64,000 nt of DNA from Ramazzottius varieornatus (taxonomy: Eukaryota > Animalia > Tardigrada): contig BDGG01000001.1 of assembly GCA_001949185.1 (NCBI GenBank), positions 3,179,324 to 3,243,323 of the forward strand, written 5' to 3'. The notes under the pieces were generated by a model that ran no database searches, was not told the origin of the DNA, and worked only from the letters and a program-made list of their open reading frames with translations. A program made the translations under genes and the position numbers. Every line of letters starts with the position of its first letter. Within the stretch, counting starts at the first letter, position 1. Of the stretch, positions 23,701 to 35,722 are shown piece after piece.

Positions 23701-26700
23701 GACGGCAATTACATAGGTCGCCAGCACTTTTAATCACTTCTCACTCCATTACGCGTCACTTCCAATGTGTCTTCAGCGCGCTTCTTACCTCACAGATTCT
23801 CGTGATGTTGCACAGATGATTTGCCCACGACACAGCTCTGTGATGATGAAGGAAGAACCAGGGTTCGGAATGAAGTTCGATTGCTCACCGGATTCTTCAA
23901 ATGTTTCGTACACGCCCACCAACAGAATCTTCAACTTCCGGTAGCAAATACTACATTGCAAAAATACTCAAAGCTGATTCAGTAATATTATCGTAATTAA
24001 TAACAAGAAAGTTGGTTCGAGCACTCACGCTGCTACTTCTTTGAAGTTTAATCCCCAAAAGCTCGAGCTGAATGGAACGCTGAAGGGTTTCATCTTTCGG
24101 CCTAATGCATATCTAGAAATATAAACAGGGTAAAAATCCGTTGTAGTTTCGTAGCAAAGCACACGGTACGTTCCTATGGCCGAAAGCCAGTAAACTTTTG
24201 AGTATACTGGCTTACAGTTCGGGACAGTTCTCGGGCCACGTCTCGGCGGGGCTTCTAGCCGCTATGAGATCGGACAGAATGGTGGCGGACCCAGGAACCC
24301 GGCAGTTGATGCCAATGAGACCATTCTTCAAATTCTTAAAGCAGAAGATCACGTCGCCTCTCTTGAGATCGATGGAGGGATATTTGCGAAGAAAATTCTG
24401 AAAGAGCCCCAGATCAGAAAAATTCTGCCAGATTCGATAAGGATTTTTTACGCACAGTGTTTTTTTGCTAGTTTTTCCTGGTCGACGCAAGAAAGCACAG
24501 AAACATACCAGTGTAGATGTTTTGATGACAGAAACTTGAACTTTGATCTTTGGACAAAAGTTTTTTATCGACAGCACTCGCAACACTGTTGCCGCATCGT
24601 CTGCATCTGGATCTGATGCTCGTAAATTAGCAAAAACCTGTCAATAATCGTCATCAGAAACAACATTTCAGCCGCTGCTGGACGACGCTTCAGTGGATGA
24701 GGGCACAGCAACTTACCAGACAGGCGCTGGCATTCAGCGCACGAGCTCGCTCCAGATCCGCGTCGTTCAAGGGCGAACCCTTGATGTACTCCACGGAAGT
24801 CTGATACAGATTGAGCAAGGCCACAAAGGGATCATCAGGCTCGTCACTGCAAGTGTTTTTTGTATCAATAAATAACGCCGGTCGCACTTGACATTCCTCA
24901 ATGCAGTAAAGCCACTTACGGATGAAGGAAGACAATCTGAATCTTCTCCTTTGTTTTCGCTTCATCATAGAAGTCGCTCAAGAACTGAGAAGCCATCTCG
25001 TAGTTCACATGGCCACAAACAATCACATGGCTGAAATAATTACCCAAGTTGACACTTATATGACTGAGAATGGGGAACTAACTTAATAAGGTCTTGGAGT
25101 CTTACTTGAAGTTCAAGTTTCGGTCTGCAATGGGGTAACGCTGTGGTGCAGGGAGAAGACGTGCCAGCTGAGAGATAAGCGTGGCTGTGTATATCTACCC
25201 GGAAGAGAAATCAACATTCAAAATTAGGGACATGAAATCTCTTTAGTAAATCAAACTTACCACGCAAACAAAAATAAAGATCGTGCTGAAGATGCGACCG
25301 ACGGTCGTCACGGCAGAAATGTCTCCATAACCGACCTACATCACAGGAAAAATAAGTCGATGTTGAAGTTAGCAGGCAAACACAATATTTGAAATTCTTC
25401 AGTCTTCAGTTCTCTTACAGTCGAAATCGTGACAACGGAAAAATAAGCGTAATCCCATATCGTCAGGTTAGACTGATATGTGTTTTCCACATTCCAAGGG
25501 TCTCCATTACATTCGAGCTGCAGCAAGACATCACAGTAGTGTCGATATCGGTTAACAAGTCAAAATAAACCGTGGGTGAAGTTCGGGTCAGTTTTTTGAA
25601 CAGGTATTTCATACTGGAGTTTAGACTTAGGTGGAGTCTGGGCAAAGTTCCTCAGAAGTCTGGGGTCACGGCGTAGAGGCATAGTCGAAGAAATTTAGGC
25701 AGGGGGCAGGGTTGCCCAAGGGCAGGGGTCGGGGCTTGCCATGTGGAGGCCGAGAATTTTCAAGAAAACCCCGAAACCTTCCCTTGCCCTTCTCAAATTT
25801 CATCAGCTGTGCCTCTACGCTATAACCCCAGACTTATGAGGAACCTTGCCCACAGCCCAGGTATCTTTCAGTATTCCTTACCATCAGAAAAGCGCCGCCA
25901 CCGGAAACGATGAAGACCAGGATGGTGACACCCAGACGCATCAGCTGGACCTGAGCAATATTTTTCAATATTCTCCAGCGATGCAACAGGTCAATAGCCC
26001 ATCCTAGGTTGATGATCCTGAGGAAGCGGAAGCCTAAAAAATTCAAGAAGCATTCACCATGACTAAATCTAAAACTAAACGAAGACGCCAAATTCCACAA
26101 ACTTTTTTGGCTCAATCCCAAGCCGCTGTCGACAATCAATCAGCTTCGGAACATGTTCATCATGACATTCACGCATGCGTATGATTACAAGTCTGCATCT
26201 GTGGCGGAAATTCTAACTACCCGCGCATTTCCTTGTTAGCGTCCTACGCTGATTGCATATGGCTTTCAAAACATCTCAGGTTTCGTCCGATTCTAAAAAT
26301 TATGATCACGATAATTACCGAACCAGTTCCGATGCAAATATATGGCCAGAAATGAGGAAGGAATGGTGAAATAGTCCGCGAACGAAGTTGGCTGGAACAT
26401 GAAGCGTAATTTCTGGTTAGTGGCGAAAAGCTAAAATACACACAAAGTCAGCCGGAAGTAATGTCGGCAAGCTTCGTGTAATCGAAGGAGTCTTACTCGT
26501 AAGATGTAATAGACCAGGAGATACGTGTTGAAGTTCATGTCGACTAGCCACCAGATATTGCGGAACCACGGTTGGCACATTTCCGTGTCCATGCATGGAC
26601 TGAAAAAAATAAGCGTATCAGCGGTCTTCCGTATATTCTGATTTCCCAAGGAAACCACCCGAGCTCTAGCACGAGCTGCTTCTATATCCATCCTTATCCA

Positions 26701-27325
26701 GGCAATTAAGCTTGAATTAACTATGTTTGTCTCAACCGGAAATCGCGAGACATCTATTCTGTTTTTCAAGGTATCCTCCCAAAATCTGAATATGCTCATT
26801 AGTTTCACTGACGCGTGAGAATAGCTTACCGGCTAGTTTCTTCCAGGTAGATGCACAGCGACCCCACACTGACTAGAAACCCCACCACCTTCAAAAATTG
26901 TCCCGTTTTGGTCTGGTCCGACACGATAGTACTCAAAGCCATGTTCTGTCCAACAAGAAGACAATCACGTTACCTAAATTGGTACTAAAGCTGCAACGAC
27001 GTCATTTGCGACGGTCGATGTATTTCAGATAGTACTGTAAAATCATACAGTATTGTTCTTGATTGCATACCATTCTGGACTGCCAATTCTTCCGCTTCCT
27101 CGGAGCATCGGGCTTGGCCAAGTATTCCATAGCTCTTTGCATCAAGTTCCACAATAACAAGGGAACGCCAATCAAGATCGGCATCGTCAGACTGGCAAGC
27201 AGGAACCACCACCATCTTCGCTCAGAATACGGAAGATCGAGGGACCGACAAGGTATCCGCTCCGTACTGTGGTACATCAGCGAACACAGGTTAGAAATCA
27301 TGGATATATTGAACTCGATTACCAT
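20728..27325 (-). CDS. Divergent Slo-family (BK/Slo1-like) potassium channel alpha subunit
   Basis: S0 helix WWWFLLAS, S4 GFRFLRII, pore [17 protein letters not shown]1 ([32 protein letters not shown]), YCDRCHPD and RCK2 ([20 protein letters not shown]). The C-terminus reads [16 protein letters not shown]. About 25 exons; start uncertain. Confidence 0.88.
25639..25852. mobile_element. Fold-back / MITE-like element (~214 bp) in Slo intron
   Basis: Imperfect ~58-bp inverted arms: TGGGCAAAGTTCCTCAGAAGTCTGGGGT...GCGTAGAGGCA...GAAATTT versus AAATTTC...TGCCTCTACGC...ACCCCAGACTTATGAGGAACCTTGCCCA. Confidence 0.7.
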
Positions 27326-27955
27326 TTTTAAACTGTGAAATGGGAAACTGGGTGGACAAGACTTACGTGATCATCTTTGACAAACTAATTGCCGGCGGAT
27401 TTTTGTGGAGGGAAACGGCATGGAACGATTGACGGAAATCACCGGCCTATGAAACGTCAAATATGTGGACCATCTTACAGGGCAGCACTTCCGTCCGCCA
27501 GTAGCGAACCTCGGCGTGCAATATCCAGACGATTTAGTAGCGTGGAGTATTGTATAGTTGCGACGCGGACTGATGATGGACTGAAACTGAAGGATGGTTG
27601 ACGCCCGCAACTTCGCGACGAGGCAGTCTTTCCTCCGTCCCATCTGCGACATGATTGATGATGAGCGGCATCTGCTGCAAGAGACAACTTTTCATACAAC
27701 AGTTCTTTAAGGAAATGGTACGTCCTCAACGTCCCTCGTTCAGTACTTAAATATAGAAGCGCCAATGAGAATTATAACCTGGAAATACTGATTCTTCTTT
27801 ATCGTTACCCCACACTTTGCATCTACCTTCACGTCTACTAATACTAAAACCGACTAATGCACTTCAGGAGGATCATCAGGAGCCAGGGCTTGGGTTATCG
27901 GATAAAAATTCATACCTTATCTGGATCTTCGTATACCTAGTTAACACTTGTAGCA

Positions 27956-28435
27956 CGACCGTACTCATTGTGAGTACAATGTGTCAGTTTCACTCGCCTC
28001 CCGATTTTAGCTTTTGGTCTTTCGGGTTGGGGATTTTTTGTTTGCCTGCAACTCGATCTTGTCATTAAGTTGAGATTAATGACCAGTGGTCAGCGAAAAC
28101 GCAGAACGCTAGCAAAAAGTTCTACGATTTCGGGTGGTTTCGGTGGTATTTCAGTCTTCGTCTTCTTACTGGAGGCACATACGCAACACTCGTTCTGAAA
28201 AAATCTGAAACAGTGAGGAGAATTCCCTTTACCGAACCAAGCCTGGGACAAATTTTCTTGTCATCGGAATGCTTTAGAGAAAATCAAAATGGCAAGGACT
28301 ACTTTCCCCAGGTTGAACTCCACGGCCTGCCAATCTTCGAAATTTCTAAATTTCTTAAATTATCTATTGGCTGGCCCTGCCTCCTTTGCATTACCTGAGC
28401 CAACCAAAGTCTTGTACTCACAAAGAGAACGGTGG
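27956..28435. mobile_element. MITE family copy 1 (~480 bp, diverged)
   Basis: Collinear similarity with 42899-43363 (CGTACTCA..GTGAGTACAA, GACCA.TGGTCAG, TACGATTTCGGG, TGGGACAAA..TGTCATCGG, ACGGCCTG.CAATCT, TCTATTGG), with degenerate TIRs. Confidence 0.7.
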
Positions 28436-29157
28436 TATTTTGCGAACATGAAAACCTTCGTGCTGTAAGTGTTAACCACGGTGAATCCACGTAAACGTAC
28501 TACGCAGACATGGACCATTAATCAGGAGACGGCCATCCGATCCAAGTGCATTTTTCAGACAACAGTAGCCAAACCATTGAAACCTAAACGGGCAGATATT
28601 CTCCTTCGGTTTCAGCATGCCCAACTCTACTCTCGGTGAAGAACGCTAATGAATACTAGAAAAGATCTAGAGAACTAACGCCGCTGGGTGTGGAAGAAAC
28701 GGAGCAAAATGACAATTCACGCCACTTCCCTGACTTCCGGTTGAACTTGAAGCTGACTATCTTACAGGCTACCGGCATAAACTTTCTCCAGCTTCGGTTG
28801 ACTGATTTCGTGGCCACCGTACTTTGGGATATTACCCTGCTCGCTCGTTTCTTTTCGAAATCAGGATCAGTAGCTATGCCGGTTAAACGGGCACGAAGCT
28901 TGGGATTGAATTCAAAGATAATCCGGTGTATCAGGTAGGTTTGTGCCAGTCGGCGGAACTGCGAAGGACTGTACGATTATATTTGAACGACGCGGTTTCC
29001 GGTTTACTCGGACCCTAGGCCGTTCTGAGCCAGGAACTGCATTTCTTGGCTCATGCTTGAAAAATGTAACAAGACTGTCAACGTGAAACAAATAGCAAAA
29101 TGTACAAAACCAGTGAACCGAAATCAACTTTCGAATTTCGCTGAAGCAAAGTGGAAA

Positions 29158-32100
29158 TCAAAAAGCATTCTGAGACTGAGCCGCGCTGTTGGATGAAGCC
29201 TGCGAGTTAGACGAGTCTCCGCTTGCACTACCGAATGGGGCGTTGGAGTTGGAGCTTATCGAAACTGTTTTGGTTCCGGCGCCACTTGACCCGCTGATGA
29301 CGACCGCGGTTCCCTGTGCTTTGTTGGATCCGGCAGCAGCAGCTTCTGTTTCGGTGCCACCAGCGGCAGCTGCGTTCGTGGATTTTCCGGTACCGGTAGT
29401 TCCGGCGTTACTCGTACTTGCCGTGCCCGTGCTTCCTTGAGCATTTCCTTGGTTGTTCCCCTGGTAGTAACTGTACGACCCACCATCACCCGTTGGTCCA
29501 TATCCCGTATTCACGAGAGCCGCAGGACTGTAACCGCTTACACCATAACCAATGGCTCCGTATCCGGGAGCGACGCCTCCATAGATTCCAGCTCCAGGAC
29601 CAAGAATTCCTGGAATGAATAGGCACATCAGTACAGACTAGTACGATGGCAATACTGGTTCTGCAGAGGTTGAAACTAACAAAATACGCGATTCTTTTAT
29701 ACTAGTTGTACCTGCAACAGTGCCACCTATGCTGACTGGATCGATCGGAACACCTCCTCCAGGAAAGGGTCCTCCAAGCAAGCCGGGTCCGTCAAGTGGA
29801 CCGCCAGGACCTATTTCGCCCGGGCCAAATCCACCTGGTCCAACTCCTCCAGGACCTATTCATGAGCAAAGAACTGTCATAATTTGCTGTACAACAAGAC
29901 AGGCCATCAATTCTTGCAACCGTCATAAGAGAAGCCAGTAGCCTGTTCGTTTACTCACCAAAGTCGGGACCGCCAGGACCTCCGAATCCAGGACCGCCTA
30001 AAACCACCGTAGACAATGAATATGACGATGGTGATCGTATGGCGAAAACAATTTGCGAACATGCGTAGTATCTTGGTTGAGTAGCTGCATTTCTACTGAC
30101 CTGGCCCACCGGGTCCCACAGGGCCGTAGTCAGGGCCTCCGGGCCCGAAGCCAGGTCCACCTGGTCCACCACTGGGTCCTCCACCGTAACCGCCACCAGG
30201 TCCTCGACGACCACCTCGAGATCCTTGTCTCGATCGGCCAGGGCCTTCTCCACCGTATGACCTTTCGACGTACTCCGCCGGTTGACTTGGGAACTTGTCA
30301 GGATCCAACTATGGGAAAAAAGTTGAGCATGATGCAACGAAGTTCCCCAGCCGTGGAAAAGCTCTGTCGGCTCTCGCAAATAAACATTGTTACTAGAAGA
30401 TCAAAGTTACACTCATGATGAACGGCGCGAGAGACATTCCGCCGGTGGACATTATCACATCACACGGTAGCACAGGGTTTCTCGGAGAATCCTGAAGCAG
30501 GGCTCTTGGCTGGATCTGCTGGATCTTGGCGTTTCCGCAGAGAAGTACCGACAGGGAAACTTTACGAATTTCCTCCAGTTGCTCTGTGGTAGAAAGTTAG
30601 TCGGACGTTAGTTTTGGAATCATGAATGTTGGACAAAACGATGACTTTCGCTTAGCGTTCCAGAGAGTCTGATATAAAAACCGGACATACCTTTCGTGAA
30701 TTTGGCCTCTTTGTTTTCGTACCAAAACCGATCACCGTGCTTGGTACGAGCAAACTGATCGGCAATGATACAAGCGAAAGTGGGACCAACCAGCCCATCT
30801 CCACCATTCACCGAGAACTCGCTGATTCCTCCGGCGTAAAAATCCTGCCGGAAACAGGGAAATCAATCAATTCAATCGTACCACGAGTTAATAAACCGGA
30901 TACAAAAACACAATTAAAAGAAATATCAATCGAGCAATCAAACAAAGACTTACAATATCTAGGACATGTTCGTAAACTGATGCCAGTTGCTTGATTGCTC
31001 TGGCCGGCATAAGGTCCTCCAGTTCGGAAAAAGTTGCGACCGGTGGGAGACCACAAGCTGCTCGGACATCGGCGTAGGACGGAACACCGTGATCTCGCCC
31101 GCGCTGGATGTTGAAGGAGTGCATGTCTTGACCATAGGGCTTGTTCCGCATCTGGAACAAGTGATTCTGGAGCTGAGACGCAAGGAAGGGATCGAAGCCT
31201 TGGCCAGCTTGCTTAACGAAGCCTTGGAGGATATCGTCGACAATGTTCGGACGATAGAACCTAAAAAATGGAATAAGCATCCAAACACCTGACTTCGCAT
31301 TGCTTCTCATAGATATACACCATTGGAGAGTGGACAAAGCTGCTCAAAGATAGGACGTACATCTCGGGGTTGAGCATGTGTTCCCAATAGGGTGGCCTTC
31401 CTCCACTTGCGTTCCTCACGCCGGGTAAGTAATCTGGCGCTAGAGTATGGAGCCTAGAAACAAATGGGCACGCTGAATTTTTTCCCGGACCTGCGTGCAG
31501 AGATCAACTCTCCAAGAACGTCCTACGTACCTGAAGGCACCGGTCACGAACTCAACTGAGGTGGAGGGGTCGACCTCATTCGGCATGTAGCAGTCTTTGC
31601 AGAACCCATATTCGGTCAATGCCAAGCCATTGGCTGGTTCCTTGTAGACCTTGGGTCCGAGTAGAACGGGGAGGAGTTCGTTGTACGTGATGTGCTGTAG
31701 TTCGGCTGCCACGATGCGGCGGGCTACTTGGAAGATAGCTTCGTCGGGCATATCCGGGACCTCGTGGGCTATGTACTTGGCTATCCGGTTGTGCTCTCTG
31801 ATGAAAAGCTACAGAGCAAAAGAAACGCACGATAACCAACACAAGTAAGCGCTCTTGCAAAACATTGTATGGACTTCTAGTTCAGAAAGTTGCATTTCGC
31901 CATCAGATAAGATCAGGGGGAATCTCATTGAGCTTACGGCGATCATGGAGATCATGCCGGTATGCTGGTTGGTCCTTGAATCGCCAGACATCATACACGG
32001 CATATCAGGACCGGCGCCATGACAGGACATGGTGTCGGGGCCGGCCGGCGGAAGGACGTAGTCTTTGGGTGCGCCCTTCGCTCCATGTCCAGTTTTCAGG

Positions 32101-34498
32101 GTACCTCGAGGACCACGCAACATCATGGAAGTGGCCAGGTTCGACCCGTAGATAGGCGATGCGTCCAAAAAGTGAGAGTTGATGTTGACAGGTCGTCTGG
32201 GCGCTGCAAAAGTAAACAGACAACATTAAATTTCCACGATCAGAAATTGGTCTGTTTAAAGTATGCTGTCCATTCCAGAAGCAAACTATTGCGAAATATA
32301 GGTGTATGGTTTATTTAACCGCTAATCTCACCCAAGTCACACGTCCGAGGGTTCGCTGGCTGGCTTCGAATGAATTCCATGCAATCTTTTCGGAACTGGC
32401 CGTAGAAAGGATCGCCGAAAGGAATGGAAATGGGGTAGCAGGATGGATGACGACAGCTCTTTTCCACGTGGCAGCAAGCAGGAAGGATGTAGTCTCCCTT
32501 CTTCTCGGGGTTCTCCACCAGATCAACCGGAGCTATAAAGCAGAGACATTTTCTAGCATGCTGTACAGACGTGAAACATCAGAAAAGCATGAATGATTAC
32601 AGAACTTACTGTTGACCAGGTCGTGGGCGACGAACTGGCCGAACTGCATGGTCAGGGCGGTGGTCTTGCGGTCTTGGCGAATTTGGCCGCGACCCAGGGT
32701 TATGCTGACTTCTCGAGCGGAGGGAAGCAGCTTGAGCTCCTTCTTGATGAGAGACGTGACAGAGTAATCACGAGGAGCGGCAATGCCATCTTCGTAGGCC
32801 GGTCGAATAGTGTGGATCGAACCGGTGAGAGCGGCGCCCTTGGATGGATCGCCTAAGTTGTTGCAGGATCCATCGAAGGTTCGGTACGGGGACTTCTTGT
32901 TGCATTCAAGATCGTCGGGCAGGTAGCAGCTGTCCTTGTCTTGGGTGATACCCGAGCGTCGGATGGTCGAGTAAAGTTCCTCCCCTGCACCTTTCCTAAA
33001 ATTCAGAACAAAAGAATATGAAGCGTAAAAACCCAGTCCGGCTTTTCATTGCGACTGAAACACATCAAGAAATATGGCGAGAAAAAAAATATGAAAATCG
33101 TTTGGAGACGGGCTGCTTACATGAGACCATTCGCCAGGCGTTTCGCTGCCAGTTCGTTAACGTAAGCGTACTCGGCTCCTTTGTTAGGTTGAGCAACGAT
33201 CCACGTGAGCGGATTCACCGCGGCTCCATGACCGTAATCTCCAACAACTATGAAACAGAAAACGCGAGTCTGTTAATTACGAGGACGAGGTCTGTAGACC
33301 AAAAATAGATTGTACTTACTGCATTGGAGAGGCCGGTGTGAGAAGACTGTGGTGCGGAGGTCCTGTCTTCCGTAACCTAACGCATCCTCCAGGTTGCTCT
33401 TCAATCTCTCCGCACTGATTTTTCTAGCAGGTGCTGCTGGTCCTTCATCAATGGCAAAAGCTGTCACGAGGGGGTACCCGGATCTTGGAGCATCGTAGGC
33501 AGTGAGGTCCGTGTCCGGTAGATGGCCCATGGCTGATGCCGCATAGTCGGCATCGTTCAGGTACAGTCCCGGACCCACACGGCGCAGAGTTCGATTGCGT
33601 TGGGGATCGTACTCGTAGTTCTCGGCGAGACCAGCTTCGAGGTCGGGGAGTTTAGCTGCACGCCGGAGAGTGTGCGAGGTTCTGGTGGAGGACAGGGCGC
33701 GAGATTCAGAGGAAGGGCGGTCGAAGTCGGGTGGCGGACCTCCCATGCCCATACCTGGTGGGGGAGGACCTCTCATGCCAGGAGGCGGCCGACGACGGAC
33801 AGGACGCTCCTCTTCGGCCTTCTCCATTATTCGCGCCACTTTGCGTGCTTCGGCCGGTGTGAGGTCCTCTTCCGTTGGCGAAGGTTGCTTGTTCGCTGTT
33901 CGGGGTTTCGGCCTGGGTCTTGGCGGGGGCGGTGCCTCCTCTTCTTCCGCTCTTTCGTCTCTACCTGTGCTTTCTGCGGATACACAGGATCAGTCTCTAT
34001 CAATAGTTCTGTATGCCCAAGTCACAGTACGTATTTTTCCTTTGCAGAAACGGTTAGTAAATCTTTTTCGATGTGATGACTTTAGAGCGCAGAACGATCT
34101 AGTCACTCTGATAGTTTCGGATCACAGACCCATTTCACATACACTGCGTCAATCTTATCGATTCGAAAACAGATTCTGCACTTCCGAAATATTCGGAAAA
34201 CAACGACATGATCGAGGTTTCGTCCATAAAAATATTCCGCGGGTGGAACTATGCGACAGATTTCAGAAAATAAGAAATGTGGAGCGGTACCTTCATCCTC
34301 GTCCTCGACGGGGCGTCGTCGAGGAGGACTTGCCCGAGGTGGTGATCTCCTGGCGGAAGGACGGCCATTGCTAACTCCCCATGTATCGCCCTCGTCATCT
34401 TTTTGTCCAGAGCTTTCTCGCGGGCCGAGTCCGAGAATTCCTGTCAATAATACCACACATAACAAAGGAAAGATAATTTTTCCACGGTAAATCCACAT
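29158..34498 (-). CDS. Secreted animal heme peroxidase (chorion peroxidase/peroxinectin-like) with Pro/Arg-rich N-terminus and Gly/Pro/Tyr-rich C-terminal tail
   Basis: Hydrophobic leader (ATG 34498), [21 protein letters not shown] (distal His), [52 protein letters not shown] (proximal His), [19 protein letters not shown]...[17 protein letters not shown]. In-phase splicing continues into GPGG-rich exons 30308-30101, 29997-29959, 29855-29712, 29609-29158. Confidence 0.88.
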
Positions 34499-35722
34499 TG
34501 TAAATCGTGGAGCCCTCAAATGAGTTTCCTACATAATGCCGTTCCAAACTAACGCGAAACCAGAACAAAATCCCCCCTCGATCGTTGTATCGTTCTTACC
34601 ACGGAATGCTACGAAACTGGAGCGTCCAAATTATGTCACCACGTACGAAAACATCTCCAGGAACGAACGAACGAACGAACAGCGTACTTGTCCAACTCTT
34701 TTTTCGGCAGGTCCTATCGCGATCGGTTGTGTAACAGGCAGGAAGCTAGGGGCGCATGCTAATTTGCTTTCGGAAGCACGTTAACACAGATCTCTACAAT
34801 AGAAAAACCACTGGACTTTGAGTAGAAGTTCCTCCGAACTATGCCATCGGACATGGAAATACACCTACTTTTGGTTTCCCGACTTTGGAACGACATGGTG
34901 TAGCCTTGAAACTTTCGCATTGTGTAACAAAGCCGTGTGAAACGGTTATGCCTCCACGCGACAGCTGAAACGCAAGTATCAATAGGATATCACCGCACAA
35001 TTTCTTACGGGAAATTGTAGGAAAAGTTTTGCTAGAATAAAGATAGAACAATGTCAAGACATTAGCGAACCAGTTCTTAGAAAATTTCCCGAGCCAAGTC
35101 CCGATTCGCCATTCTCCAACGGCCAATATGTTCCGCATTAGAGAAAACCACCTGTTGCACGAAAGGTGATGCAATAAAGCCGGATGCTTCCATCACCGGC
35201 GAACTCACTACCAAAACAATGAAATCAGTGCTAAACAGCAAAGGGATGCTTGGCTCTCACCTGTACGTTCTGACGTACTTGATTCAGGTCTATCGAACCT
35301 GGTTTCCGCGAAATCTAGAGGAAGCATAAAATTAAGCCTCAAATTCATAATTCGTAACAACAGCAAACAGGCTCCCTTGTCTTGAATTGTTTTGAATTGA
35401 GTGTTGTTGTGTTAGTATGTAGATTGATCAATTTGTGGATGCTTGATTGTTGATTTCTCCGTTCAATATTATAATTATGCAATAAGTCACGTTCAGTAAC
35501 ACATCAACAGCTGACAGACACTCTCGTCAGTCGTCATTTTGACTTCTCATGTTCCGGACTTCCGGCAATCGCGGTCTTCCTTCCACTCTTCAGATAGATC
35601 CGCTCCAACGTCTTTGCACTATAGAACCTGGATGATCCGCAATCTTAACCGCACTTTCTGTCTACTGGAAGCGAGGGGACAGAACTTTAGCGAAGGACTC
35701 TGGTGTAGTCTACTGGTGTGCA

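Noticed and set aside
29158-30308. Separate collagen gene
   Set aside because: No sustained Gly-X-Y triplets and no own start or signal peptide; it splices in phase to the peroxidase.
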